Assembly: GCA_951406725.2 (NCBI GenBank)
Contig: OX597817.1
Location: 61,380,001-61,444,000, forward strand
From: Octopus vulgaris
Lineage: Eukaryota
Length of the DNA: 64,000 nucleotides
Reading direction: 5' to 3'
Below the pieces are notes generated by a model. That model worked only from the letters and a program-made list of their open reading frames with translations. It was not told the origin of the DNA and did no database searches. The translations under genes and the position numbers were made by a program. This document shows positions 39,531 through 53,380 of this stretch, in pieces (position 1 is the first letter of the stretch; each line of letters starts with the position of its first letter).

Positions 39531-39910
39531 CAGTAGTTCTCAGCCATTTTTTATCTATGGACCCCTTTGATTACTCCAGCCATTCGAAGTTTAAAAAGTT
39601 GTTTTAGAGACACTTCTTTCAAAATTCTTAGTTTGTTTTACACATGTTCACTTGCGCAGGTCTGCAATAGCGCCCTCTGACAGAACATGTTCCAGTGGCA
39701 GGGAACATGTTACACTATGCAAAACATTAGAGAAAGAATCTTTATTAATTCTTGCAATAAATAAACCTAAATCAAAATGTTTTCATGGACCCCTTTAATA
39801 CTGCTGTGGATCCTCAATTTACTATTTCGCATGCATAGACCCCCAGCAATCTTATATGGAATCTTATATAAACCTGCCGCGGTCGTATGAAGCCCGGTTG
39901 AGAACCAGTG
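39531..39910. mobile_element. hAT (Charlie-like) MITE
   Basis: Imperfect TIRs CAGTAGTTCTCAGCC / GGTTGAGAACCAGTG, with repeated ATGGACCCC subterminal motifs. Confidence 0.75.
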
Positions 39911-40373
39911 TTAGACAGCGGTATTATTATTATGTGTGCTAGAATGAAGCCCAGAAGATTTTACAAGATTGTTTTCATTCATTCTCATGTTCTGAAATGG
40001 TTGTGATACACCAGAAAGTAGAGTTTCATTCGCAAAGAAAGGAGGATGGCGTTCAGAGTTGGTCTAAGTTCATGATTCGAAGGAAACATTACGAACTAAT
40101 GATACAACCATGTTGTATTGTTCTACCGCTGATGGAAATCGAGTCATGCATGGGACATTGTATAACTGTGTGCCTGCATATATGTGCGTGCGTGTATGCG
40201 TGTGCGTGTGTGTGTATTCATGTGTGTGTGTGTGTGTGCGTGCGTATGCGTGTGTTAGTGTATGTGCGTGTGTATGCGTGTGTGTGTGCGCGCTTGCATG
40301 GATACCTATATCTACACACAGAAATATACATAATCTCTCGTTCTTTCACCCTCTCTATTTCTCTTTTTCTCTT

Positions 40374-40448
<75 letters not shown>

Positions 40449-40695
40449 TTATATATTAACTGAGGTGTCTTACACAGAGTACAAAAACACACAAACTTAA
40501 GGGGAAAATGTAAAGGTATTACAGGTCCAACGGCTGTTTCTTTGGGCTCCGAATTACGTCATAATGTTGGCAAGCTGTAATGGAAGCATATAAACATTCT
40601 GGAATGATGCCTGAATAAATTTCCCTGGTCTGAGGTTCTCTGGATTAAAGCAAGGAAGATTCAAAAAACGAGATCCTCATAGACCTGTATTTTAG

Positions 40696-40734
<39 letters not shown>

Positions 40735-40946
40735 GTCCAGCTCTTTCCCCCCTTTCTCTCTTTTCTCTCTGTATATATATATATATATATATATACACTC
40801 ACATATATACATATCTATAAATATAGAGGGAGAGAAAGAGAGAGGTAAAAAATGAGGTAGACAGAGAGAGAGAGAGAGAGACAAACAGATAAGCAGACCG
40901 GGAAATGGAAGGAAATACACTAATAGACATGTGCACATATATATTT

Positions 40947-40996
<50 letters not shown>

Positions 40997-41640
40997 ATAT
41001 GCGTATTTATGTATGTATGTCTATGCGACTATATGTACAAATGTGTTTCAGTAAAGCGCACATTTCTCCTTTGCTCTTCTCCCGTGAAGCCAGACGTTAC
41101 CAATTCCGCTTGTTTGTATACAAAGTGCATTAACGTGTCTCTTAAAACGTCTTTATGTATGACAAACTTCATTTCCGCCATCTCTTCTACATCTTCTTAA
41201 TCTCATCCGCTGTTGTATAGCGTTTAAATTTGGCATGCACATTTTTATTCATTGCTCGTAAAAAAGCATCAAGATTTCATATCAAAGGAAGAAAATTGTT
41301 TCATTTTTACGTTTGATAGAAACAAAAAGGAGTAAAATTTAAAATGGGAAATAAAGACATGAAACAAAATAATAATAATTTATAAATTGTTCCATTAAGT
41401 AACGTTCAAGTTTCAAAGGGAAGAAATGTTTAAGTAGAATATATGATGCCAAAGAAACGAGATAAAGAGAAGAGAAGAAGCGTTGCATGAATTGGCCTAA
41501 ATATATTTTCGTGTTAACAGAGAAAATATATAAACTTCCAGATAGACATTAAGTTTGAGGGTAATATTTATATGAGTGAGTGTATGTGGGAGCATATGTA
41601 TGAGTGTGTGTGTGCATGCATATGTATACATACATATATA

Positions 41641-41693
<53 letters not shown>

Positions 41694-41720
41694 GTATGCA
41701 GATATATATGTGCGTGTGTG

Positions 41721-41975
41721 GGAAGGCGCATGGCGTAGTGGTTAAGGTGTTGCACTCGCGATTGCCAGACCGTGCGTTGCGTTGTGTTCTTGAGCAAAGC
41801 ATTTCATTTCACGCTGCTCTGCGATCACTTCGGCATCTGACATGTGGCACCCAGTTACACCTGTGCAGGTAATGGCGATCTGATGGAGAGGGTGAGCTTA
41901 TGTCTACACAAACATTTGATCATTATAAACAAATGATCTGTGTGGTTGTTTGGGAAGCAATTGTCGAACCCCTTA
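41721..41975 (+). mobile_element. tRNA/CORE-like SINE
   Basis: GGCGCATGGCGTAGTGGTTAAGG head and TTCTTGAGCAAAGCATTT. Confidence 0.8.
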
Positions 41976-42088
41976 TAGCAAGAACTCAACTTGCTACAAA
42001 AGCAGGCAGTCATTTTACTATGTACTTATTCTTAATGCAAGTTTTGAAGAGTACAATTCGATTTTAAGAGTTATTTTTCAAAGCTATA

Positions 42089-43050
42089 ATGGAAGTGATA
42101 AAGGAGCATATTCGGCATATTTTGATTTGTGAGTTCAATAAAGGCAACAACGCAAAGGAAAGTGCGAGGAATATTAATGCAGTACATGGGGATCGGATAA
42201 TAAGCATAAACCAGTGTCAACGGTGGTTCCAGAAATTCCGGGCCGGAAACTATAGTCTGAGTCTTGTACTCAAAGGTCTGTAGAACTCGACGAGGACGTC
42301 CTGCAAATCCTGGTGGAACAAAATCCCATTGTAACTATTCAGGAACTAGCAGATAAGTTTGGATTTCAGCCATTCATCGACACCTGAGTGCCATCGGAAA
42401 AGTCACCAAACTTTCTGAGTCTAATTGCTCACAGAGAGTAAATGTGTGCTCTTCTTTGCTGTCACGTCTCAGGAATGAACCCTTTTTGGACTGAATAGTG
42501 ACTGGTGACGCGAAATGGATTCTCTATAAAAATATCAAGCGCTGAAGACAGTGGGTAGGGAAAGGAGAAACAGCGACACCCCAGGCTAAAGAAGGTCTTC
42601 ACCCACGTAAGGTATTGTTATCTGTTTGTTGGGATATGAAATTTTTAGTCCACTTCGAACTTTTAAACCCGAACCAAACGATAACAAAGGAGATCTAATG
42701 CGAGCAGCTTAAGCGGTTTGAGTCAGCGCTAGAAGAAAAACGAGTATCTTTGGTTTCAAGGCGAAAGGGGTTATTCCACCAGGATTATACTTGGCTACAT
42801 ACAGCAAGGCTGGGGCAGTTTGAATGGGAAACGATGCCCCACCCACCATATTCGCCGGACATTATGCCATCTGATTATCATTTATTCCGCAGTCTTCAAA
42901 ATCATTTGGACGGGAAAAATATGAATTCTCTTGACTAGGTCAGAAGAGTACTGGAGGAGCAATTTTCATCACAGACAAGTAAATTTTGGAAGAGGGGCCT
43001 TGCAAGTCTACCAGATAGATGGAAGAACGTTGTAGAAAATTAAAGAGACT
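42089..43050 (+). mobile_element. Near full-length pseudogenised mariner transposase
   Basis: HIRHILICEFNKGNNA...QRWFQKFRAG, IVTGDAKWILYKN, LHPRKVLLSVCWD and HPPYSPDIMPSDYHLFRSL, with multiple stops and frameshifts. Confidence 0.95.
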
Positions 43051-43226
43051 AAATTTTAGTTTAAAAAAGAACATTCTCATCTTATTTTTGAAAAATATAA
43101 AAAGTATAAAAATCTAATAACTTTACCAGTTCTTGTTTAAATGACTTCAAATTTTAACAGCATGTGTAGAAACAGGTCAAAAGTTTATGTTTAGTGTTTG
43201 ATACGTTTATCTTTTTAGGCCTAGAA

Positions 43227-44388
43227 ATGGCATTCACTGGAAGAGAAATGGTGTTTTGTGTGTTGAAATATGCTTGAAAACAGTCGAACAAGACTGTGCA
43301 GCGTGCATTTGTGAGAGAGTTCTCTAAAAAAAATCAACGGCAATGCAGATTTGGACATGGCACAAAGAAGAAGGCTGTGCATGGCAAAAGGATCTGGATG
43401 TCCACTAACATCAGAGGAGACGGTCAAGCGGGTTCGCCAAAAACTCTTGCCAAGCCCCAAGAAGTCCATAAGAAGAACAAGTCTGGAAACCTAGATTCCT
43501 CCAACGACAGTTTGGGGAGTCCTGGGGGAACACTTGCAAATGAAACCCTACAAGCTGCAGCTCGTTCAGGCCATAACGGCAGACGACATGCGAAACCGCA
43601 AACTATTCTATGTTGATATGTAAGAGAAACTTGAAGAAGCAGAGTTCAAGGAATGTCTTGTTTTCAGTGATGCGACCACATTTCATATGAATGGTAAAGT
43701 CAGTAAGCATAATGTTCACATTTGGGGTGAAAACAATCCCCATGCCACCCGAAGTGAATGTGTTTTGCGCCATCTCCAAGAAGCATCTTCATGACCTGTT
43801 TTTCTTTGAGGGAAATTTGACCGATGATGTTTATCTGCAAATGCTTCAGAACTCGCTAATGGATGAGCTCATTGCAAATGAACATGAATACTTCAGTTTT
43901 CAACAGGGCAGGGCTCAACCTCACTGGAAGCTCACTGTGCGGGCTTATATCTCAATGACAATTTGCAAGGGAGATGGATTGGGTGTGCTGGTGATGAAGA
44001 CAATGTGCTGTCGAAATGGCCGCCACGTTTTTTTCCTCTGGGACTATGTGAAGGGCTTGGTCTCTGTCCCCACCTCTTCCTGCAAACCTAGAGGAACTCT
44101 GGCAGAGAATCACTACCGCACTGGAGACTGTTACCCGAGACATGCTGCAGTGTACTTGGAAGGAGCTGGATTACCGACTTGAAGTGTGCCGTGTCTCAGG
44201 CGGTGCGCATATTGAACATTCGTGAAATCATTCATGGAATCCACATTCCTTTGAATTTCTCATTCAAATATGGAGGAATATATCTTATGTTGCTCAACAT
44301 TAAACCGGTTTAGTTTCATTTGCTTTGACTGTGTAGTTTCTGTGATATTTACATCTCAAAGGATATCAAATTTTTGAAACACCCTGTA
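43227..44388 (+). mobile_element. Pseudogenised Tc1/mariner-superfamily transposase (DUF4817-type HTH) with right TIR
   Basis: VFSDATTFHMNGKVSKHNVHIWGENNP, VNVFCAIS, FQQGRAQPHW, RWIG and KWPPR..FFLWDYVK. It ends TTTTTGAAACACCCTG-TA. Confidence 0.9.
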
Positions 44389-44416
44389 TGTATATATATA
44401 TATATCTATCTATCTA

Positions 44417-44462
<46 letters not shown>

Positions 44463-45806
44463 TATTCCGCTGACTCCCTACTGACCACTCCGTCTACGCA
44501 CACATGCAAACACGCACACACACACACACACTCACACAAACATCCTACCACACGCACAGACACACATACACATACCGACCATTTTCATACTCCCCTGTCC
44601 CAAAACCCATTTTCTCTTTCTCCTTCCGGTCACTTTAGAAATGTAACCGCACGTGAACTGTGGTGGTCGATTTATCCTTATTTTTCCTTCTTTCTCTTTA
44701 GACTTTCCTGTTTCCGACGAAGAACTATGCTCGAAACATTAACAACAACTCTTACCCTTCACCGATCGTCAAATTCATATATTTTTTCTGCACGTACTCA
44801 CGTTCGTTTTTTCCTCTTTCTTTCTGTTTTTTAAATGTCTGTTTATTTGAATTGACTATATATATATATATACGTATATATATATATATATACGAACACA
44901 AACACACCACAGGTATCTGTGCGTATACGTGCGTGTGCAGATGTAAGCTGCTATAATGTGAACTATCGTAAAATAATTCTAAATCAATGGAATTTATAAC
45001 TGTAATAAGTATAAAAGTTATTATTGTTGATGAAAGTTAATCTCAAAACCGAAAGTTAATCTCAAAATCTCAATGCCCGAAATCTCCTTTCACAAAAAAT
45101 TTAAGGGAGATAAGCGCAGGAAGTGAATGTTATTGTTGGTGACAACTCTGGGTTGTTTCGGTCTCATTAAACGTCCTTAGAGAAGCATTATCCATTCGTA
45201 AGGGCCACGACCCAAAACGACAAGTACATGTGGTTTGTTTTGTGTTTCTGAAAGAGTAACGTACTGATTAAGCAAATTCTAATAATGACATTGCAAAATT
45301 TTGCTAGGGCGGATCAAAATATCAAAATTGTTGTGGATCCGTCATAAAACTGAGATCGATTCGATGAATGATAAATTAATCAATTTCTGTATTCATTTGT
45401 GTGTGTACTCGCGTGTGTGTGTGTGTGCTCGCGTGTGTGTGTGTGTGTGTGTGTGCGTGTGTGTGTCTATGTTTGTGTTTGTGCGTTTCTGTCTGTATGT
45501 ATGTTTGTCCATAAGAAGAGAATTGGATTAAGAAAATCGAGCAGAACACACAATAACCACGCCCTGCATTGGTTGAATCCTGAATGCGTGAATGATGTTC
45601 TGATGTACATATGATCTGGTGAGTTAGTTTTCTCTCCATTGTACATCCGTGGGTAATAAACAACTGTGTCATATAATGCTTAAATATGCATATTGTTGTA
45701 AAATAGACGCATTAATTAGGAATATTGGAATTAATAATTCTACATTGATAAGATTATGAAACGACCGTATACGGAAATTATAAGCCTGTACTCACCTCTC
45801 TTCTTA

Positions 45807-45864
<58 letters not shown>

Positions 45865-46195
45865 ATTATAGTTGACTCCAGAAGAATCTGTAAACTTTCG
45901 AGAGAACATGGATCTCGAAGTACATATAAAGGTATAATTAATAACATCTTAATATTGGGTTGAAAACCGCTTTTAGATCTATGTCCAGCCTTCGTCTTTT
46001 TCTGTTCAAAGAAGTTTTTCAACCTAACCAGTACTTCGAGAACATGTTCCCAAATTATATATATATATATATATATTCAAAAAGCAATAAAGATTCAAGT
46101 TAATTTAAATGAATTTACTTGAATATGGTACCTAACTTAGATGCACCAAAAAAACTATACGGTTTTAACAATACAGTAATGTGGGGTGATTATAA

Positions 46196-46665
46196 GCGAG
46201 AAAGAAGCAACAAGAATGGATAGGTTTTTAGTACAATCGTTTCATACAAGGACAGGCTTTATTAAAAGTTGCAAAAATTGCAGCATATAAACGTGTCCCG
46301 TACTCATCAAGCTAAAATACATGTGAGTTCTCTAGACATCCTAGTGGTTGAGGCTATACTCATGAAGTAATGTAGATAATTAAGTAACATTTCCAAAGTT
46401 CATTAAAGTTCTTTAAAGATGATGTACAGTCTTATCACAGAATTTTAAAAAAATCTGTTGGAAATCTGTTTATGTTACTTAATTATCTACATTACTTCAT
46501 GAGTATAGCCTCAACTACTAAGATGTCTAGAGAACTCACATGTATTTTAGCTGATGAGTACGGGACACGTTTATATGCTGCAATTTTTGCAACTTTTAAT
46601 AAAGCCTGTCCTTGTATGAAACGATTGTACTAAAAACCTATCCATTCTTGTTGCTTCTTTCTCGC
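46196..46665. repeat. Long near-perfect inverted repeat (~195-bp arms, 81-bp spacer), probable Penelope inverted pLTR
   Basis: 46196-46390 and 46472-46665 differ by two substitutions and one indel by manual comparison. (TA)n flanks the element. Confidence 0.95.
46545..46635 (+). ncRNA. Type I hammerhead ribozyme with extended stem II
   Basis: TTTTAG-CTGATGA-GTACGGGACA...TGTCCTTGTAT-GAA-AC-gatt-GT-A-CTAAAA. Stem I is 6 bp and the triplet is GUA, with predicted cleavage after 46629. Confidence 0.85.
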
Positions 46666-46729
<64 letters not shown>

Positions 46730-47882
46730 TTGAGGTCATAAGTATTGATAACCACAAAAGCATATGAAATAATTTTTTTTTTTTTTGGAACATTGGAACA
46801 GTGGATCTCGAAGCAGATCAGCTATAATAATAGTGTTTAAATGTTGGATTTAAAAAAACCCTTTGCATGGAAAATTAGAAGGCTGTCTGTAAGTCACGAA
46901 CCCGCAACTCCTGTAAACATATTTATATACATAATTATATCTGCATCGATATGCATATACACACACACATACATACATACATACATACATACATACATAC
47001 ATACATACATACATGCGCATCTATCTGCACATACATTCAGTCACACGCATACATGCATAAGTGTTATAGTATTAGATTAAACTTGAGAGCGAAATCTCCC
47101 TAAAACGTCTTATGAAGTCGAAGCTGTTTCTGGGGCAGCATCTGAGGTACGTTAAGCTGCGGTAAATTCTTGTAACTCCATACATCATATTAGTAGGGGG
47201 TAGAGAGAGGGAGTCTTAGTAGGGAGACACACTATGGTGGGATTTCTTCAGCGTCATCTGTGGCTTGAGTAGGAGGGGCGGTGGGGAGAATGCTAAGAGA
47301 TATTAAATTGATGAGCGAGAAGGTAATACGAGTGAGTGTCTTCTCCTTATAGAAAATATTAGGTGTCTTAAGTGCCTCGGATCGGGTGGGGAATTCGCTC
47401 AACCCTCGCTGCTACTAGTACTAACACCACCACCAGCACCATCACCACAACCACCACCATCACCATACGTCACCTTACTCTCATCGCTACCACCAAGACC
47501 ATAACCAGCATTACAACTGGCATCTTCCCCCACCACCAGTAGTACTACCACCACCATCACCACCACCATCCCTACCACCACTATCACCATCACCACCACC
47601 ATCACCACTACCATCTAAATGGCTGTCAACTGTATCACTTCACATGACCAACACTACAGTAAGAAACACAAGGGCAATCTCAAGAGCCATCATGGGTAGC
47701 GTAATCCACCACAACCCGAACGTAATCCAACCATCTCAACAGCCACCAATAATACCATTCACCGTCATCGTTATTACCAAATATCACCGGCGCCGATCGT
47801 GGCTACCACCACCACCAACAACGACACAAGTACTTCAAAATCAAGTACGTCGAGAATTTAGTATTTAACAAAAATTTTCTTT

Positions 47883-47986
47883 TCACCTGAGGACGTAGCT
47901 TAAATTCTCCGTTATTTTGAAAGATGTTTTGCATTTTGCAAATAAATTATTTACACGTTTTTAAGTTACGAAACAATTTGTCGCCA
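47883..47986 (+). ncRNA. Degenerate hammerhead motif
   Basis: CTGAGGA-c-GTAGCTTAAA...TTTAAGTTAC-GAA-ACA-att-TGT-C; stem I is largely lost. Confidence 0.55.
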
Positions 47987-48072
47987 TATTTGAATTTTCT
48001 TATTGTTAAATAAGTTTCATCAAACCATTTCCCTGTCATTTATGACTTTATATATATATATATATACATATA

Positions 48073-48132
<60 letters not shown>

Positions 48133-48149
48133 GTTTGCGTGTGTTCTTT

Positions 48150-49085
48150 TTTTAATCATTTAAATTCTTACTCTGAAGAAGAAGCTAGTTTCTAACAAAG
48201 ACACAAAGCTCCATCTTTGGAATGTAGATTACGAAACATGTCCTATTTTAAACCAGAGAAAGTCATGCATAGTTTTACTGTTCCACATACGGACTGGATT
48301 TATAATGAGCGAATCAGTTATCTAGACTGACAGTTAGGTATTTACTTACAAAACCAACTGCTCTAATTATTATTAGTATAAATGTAAATTTGTAATCCGG
48401 GTATAGAAGCTGGAACTTTCGAAGCGGTTGTCCATAACTATCTTCTTTCTCTTTGATTTCCAAAGAGATATTCCCATCAGCAGGAAAGCTGACCTCTCTG
48501 ACGGTACATATGTTTCCTTGTCTCTCCCAAACAACGATATCTGGTCTGTTATGCTTACACTTGACCGATGCTTTGATGGAATGTTCCACCGGTATTTTTT
48601 GTGCTGACATTTGTGTATACATTCAATAACAGAGGATTCTCTATATTTATTCCAGGGCAGTCTGCTTTCCGAATGGCAGAGTATATTGCTTTTGCGACAA
48701 CGTCATGTTGCATGGGGAGGCAGTAACTTCATGACATTTTTGGGCAGCCGCTAATAACATGTGTGATGTCTTCCACAGAAATATGAGATAATCTACATTT
48801 ACGGTTGCATTTTGGAACTCCAGGAGATTCACCGTCTTTTTTTTATTAGGTATTTAGCAGCAATCTCTTGTTCTTGGATTGCAAGCGCATAGCCTTCGAA
48901 GTGAGGTGTAATATAGCGGTCACGTGTCCAAGAGAGGCTCTGATTCGCTTCAATCTTCTGCTAGTCTACGAGAAACCTACTCATGAATGGTCTTGTTTGG
49001 TATGCTGAGCGGTTCACCTCCAGGTCTTCTTTGAAGCATGCTAATCCAGCTGACAAATGTTTGTATGGAAGGCCATCAGGAAGAG
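48150..49085 (-). mobile_element. RLE-type (R4/Dong-like) LINE 3' fragment
   Basis: ORF 48314-48622(-) KHNRPDIVVWER...EVSFP...EKEDSY matches the PD-(D/E)xK restriction-like endonuclease. The 3'UTR matches 51570-51645. Confidence 0.9.
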
Positions 49086-49657
49086 GTTACTTGCTGATTC
49101 AGGTGTAATCGTAGAGTCATTAGATGTTCATTTATAGGAACAGGAAGCTCCTCCATCTTCTTAAGGATATCACATCGAACTGCAATGCCAACACAAACCT
49201 CTCTGCTGTCCTCCTTCAGCCTCACCTTCCAAAAACAGGTGTATCCATCTCCTACTTCCTCAAGCTGACCATCACCTTCTGTGTGAGTCTCTGAAAGTGC
49301 AGCTATATCAATGTTATAACGGTTCAGCTCGCGAGCAACAAGTGCAGTACATCTTTCAGGCCTACAATGCCTCTTTTGTTTCCCAACAGAGTGCGCAAAT
49401 TCCAACATGAAATGTTCAAATTCCATCCAGATTTTATAAAAAAAGAGTTTCTTTGTTTTTCATGTGCTGGGTGGACATCCGTCAGTTGCGCTAAGCTGAC
49501 CAGATATAGAAAGACAGGCAATTTTTGGTCCACCTTTTCTAGAACCTCCGGGTGAACAGTACTCTCTTCAAATGGGGCTGCTCCGACACCCATGCACCGA
49601 CCGAATCCTATCGCTAGATATAAAATAGGACATGAGAGCCTTATAAGTGACCTGACC
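49086..49657 (-). mobile_element. RTE-type LINE 5' end with AP-endonuclease N-terminus
   Basis: LNISCWNLRTLL / RPERCTALVARELNRYNIDIAALSET...GYTCFWK...VGIAV...LMTLRL. Confidence 0.92.
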
Positions 49658-49685
49658 CTACATACATATATATACATACATACAT

Positions 49686-50140
49686 AAAAAGGAATACTGG
49701 TTGAATGTCCCAGTGAAGACCTCAATAAAATGTAACCACAACAGCCCTGATATAATGATTTGGGATAGGGAAGAGTAAATGTCCACAGTCGTGGAAATTA
49801 GATGCCCAACGGATTTTAACATAAAGCTGAAGATCAATCAAAAAGAGAACACCTATGCTGAACTATTGAGAAATCTGTAGTTACTCTATCCAGATTACAA
49901 GTTCAGGTTTATACCGGTAATTATTGGGGCCCTGGGATATGTAACACACTACCCAAATTCCAATCTTGAGAAATTAGGTTTCTCAAAACCAGAAAGGAGA
50001 AAGCCAATTCGATGTCTACAGATCCAATCCATCACTGGAACTTTGAAAATCTGTAAAACTTTCCAGAAGTTTATCATTTAAATATATCTGAGTGTGTTTA
50101 GATATGTAACTATATGCATGGGAATACATACATAAAGCAT
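49686..50140 (+). mobile_element. RLE-type LINE 3' fragment (second family)
   Basis: Closely matches 62407-62870 (NVPVKTSIK...PDIMIWDRE...LLYPDYKFRFIPVIIGALG). Confidence 0.9.
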
Positions 50141-50512
50141 ACATACATGCATACATAAAACATACATACATACATACATACATACATGCATGCATACATA
50201 CATATGTATATATGTATGCATGTATGTATATAAGCATATATTGATTTTCCCCGATGACTCACAATGACAAATAATGATTTTGTAAGACAGACTAGTTAGA
50301 GCCGACGATAAGATGCATGGTAAAATTCTGTAACGGGTTTAATATTACATAATGGAAAGTCCTTAGCTATGAAACATATGTAGTACATAACTGCTTCTTC
50401 CTTTCTTCTTATTCACACCCCCCACCACCACCACACACACACACACATTATAATCTGTAAGTCGACCAATATATGTATTTATTTTTTCAATATATTTTTT
50501 ATGTATATGTCT

Positions 50513-50558
<46 letters not shown>

Positions 50559-50854
50559 TGAGATAAGGGGTTGTGAGTGCAATCCACCATGGGATAACAT
50601 GTATCCAATATACTGTTAGTAAAGCACCTAAACTAAGTTAATATTTATTTATTTATTTATTTATATTTATTTATTTATATTTATTTATACATATTGTACT
50701 TATTGTATCTTATTACTCATTGATGTACATTGTTTTGTTCTATATTATTATGTTTGACCTTAATGTTCATATGTAGTGGTTTAATAAATTATGTGATTGG
50801 GTATTATCTGGCAGTTGATCATTGATTAAGATGTGTTTCTCCATTTCCTTATTT

Positions 50855-50902
<48 letters not shown>

Positions 50903-51325
50903 ATATGTTTGAAATATTGAATATAATTTCGGAGAAATTCATGCATGTTGGGTCTAGGGATGAAAACATATCAATGTCTGTGTGAACCTGATTTGCCACA
51001 CTTTGGTTCTTACATCTAAATTGTTTTAACGCCTCAGGTTTGTTATCCTGTGCACTTCAAAATAATTTGAATTGAAATCTGTATCTGTCTGCGGAAGAGT
51101 TATATACATAGATATGTATGCGAGTGTGTGTTGAATCTATGAAATGAGTCTGTTTGGAATTGAACATACGTCTAAACACTTTATTCGCTTTAATTTCATG
51201 ATATTGCTTATAGGATCGACCACTTTTATACAAATTAGGCACTAGTTCAATCCAGGGTTGCCAAAGTTTATTCTGTGATAATACAAACATATGCGAGTGT
51301 ATATGTACATACACACACACGCACG

Positions 51326-51378
<53 letters not shown>

Positions 51379-51554
51379 ACACACATATATATATATATAC
51401 GTGTGTGTATGTGTGTGTGTGTTTAATTCATGGTGCGTTAATAATGTTTCGCTTCATTGCTATAATATCAACACAATTATTTGACAACTGTATGTATGTA
51501 TGTCTGTATGTATTATGTATGTATGTATGTATGTATTATGTGTGTGTGTCTCTT

Positions 51555-52843
51555 CTATTTTTTCATTAATCTTCCACTGAGGAGGGAGCTGGTTTCTAAT
51601 AAAGATAACAAGGCTCCATCTTTGGGGTGTAGTTAACACAGACAAATTCATATTTGGAACTTGAGAGAAGTATTGGATATTTTTACTGTTCCACTTACAG
51701 ATTGGACTTGTAATGTACCAACCAGCCGGTCGATATCTCTTTCTGAAAATCCCTGTTTCTCCAGACTCTCCTTTAAGCATTTATTAACAAAACCTAGTGC
51801 TCTAATTATTCTTGATATAAATTTGAATTGATATTCTGGATATAGAAGCTGGAGATTTCGAAGCAGTTGTCCATAAATATCCTCTTTTTCTTTGATTTTC
51901 AAAGAGATATTTATATTTTCAGCTGATCTCTTTGACAGTACATACCTTTGCCCCTCTGTCCCAAACAATAATATCCGCTCTGTTATGTTTACATTTGACA
52001 GAAGTTTTGATGGGAATATTCCATCAGTATTCCTTGAGTTGGTGTTTATGAATGTATTCCATAACAGAGGGGTTTTCTAAGTTTATTTCAGGACAGTGTT
52101 TTTTGTGGATGGCATTATAAATTGTTTTAGCGACAACATCATGCCGCATAGTTGTGTAGTACTGTGTCGACATTTTAGGACAGCTGCTAATCACATGCGT
52201 GATGTCTTCCACAGAAACATGACATAGCCTACACGTGCGGTTGCACATTGGGATTACAAGAGCGTCACTGACTCTCTTGTTCACAAGGTGCTTTGTGGCA
52301 ATCTCCTTTCCTGGATTTCAAACGCATAGCCTTCAAAGTGTGAAGTGATGTAGTGGTTTTGTGTCCAAGAGAGGCAGCGCTTCGTGTCAATTCTACTGTC
52401 TTCTTCAAGCTTCCAGGCAATACACCCATTCATAGTCTTTTTGTATGCTGAGTGCTTTCCATCCAGGTCGTCTCTGAGGTAAGAGAGCCCAGCTGTTTTG
52501 GGGCTGTATAGGAGATCATCAGGGAGAGAGTGTTTCTTGAGGAGCTCACTGACAACTCGTATAATGTCGCTTTCCAGGACTGCATTTATATATTTATTTT
52601 TTGCTGCTGTTGTTCAGCAGGTGCTGCCTGGGTGATACCATACGGAATTCGAAGGCCGTCTGCACTGACCTCAAGCCTCTACCACCTTCACTTCTTCTAA
52701 GGTAGAGCCTATCAACATCACTGTTTCTGTGGAAGTTCCCGGTTGTTGTCAGGGTTTTGCAGGTTTTTATATCTCTATGGAGTGGATTTCCTCTACAGAC
52801 CAATCGAGTCTACCAAATGTTGGGATCAGCACTGGTATTGCAA
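51555..52843 (-). mobile_element. RLE-type (R4/Dong-like) LINE 3' fragment
   Basis: FHRNSDVDRLYLRRSEGGRGL, a CCHC knuckle CRLCHVSVEDITHVISSCP, RHDVVAK and the RLE C-terminus. Confidence 0.93.
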
Positions 52844-53241
52844 ATGTATGTATGTATGTATGTATGTATGTATGTATGTATGTATGTATGTATGTATGTA
52901 TGTGTAGTGTAGATACATACATGCATACATAATATACTTAGAGAGAAAGAAAAGGATAGATAGATAGATACATACATACATAGATAGATGTATATATATG
53001 TACACACACACACACATACACGCGCATGTACATATAGATAGATGTGTATAAATGGACGAATAGACAAACACACACATAGACACACGCATACACAAGCATA
53101 CACACACGCAAACAAAATGTATACATATGCGGGTGTATGAATTTGTATTGATATAACGTGTGTATATTTAAGTGTCAATTTGTATACATATGTGTGCGTG
53201 TGTGTAAACCTTTTCAGTGGTGTTGAACATTGACTGTGAAG

Positions 53242-53248
53242 TAGTAGT

Positions 53249-53320
<72 letters not shown>

Positions 53321-53347
53321 ATATTAGTAGTAGTAGTAGTAGTAGTT

Positions 53348-53379
<32 letters not shown>

Positions 53380-53380
53380 T
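53242..53380. repeat. (TAG)n microsatellite
   Basis: Direct reading. Confidence 0.97.

Noticed and set aside
42089-43050. SETMAR-like domesticated gene
   Set aside because: Multiple stops and frameshifts and no SET domain; it is an ordinary dead mariner.
50901-50922. TGATATGTTTGA resembles the start of miR-190
   Set aside because: The match stops at 12 nt, there is no hairpin partner, and it sits next to a (TA)n array.
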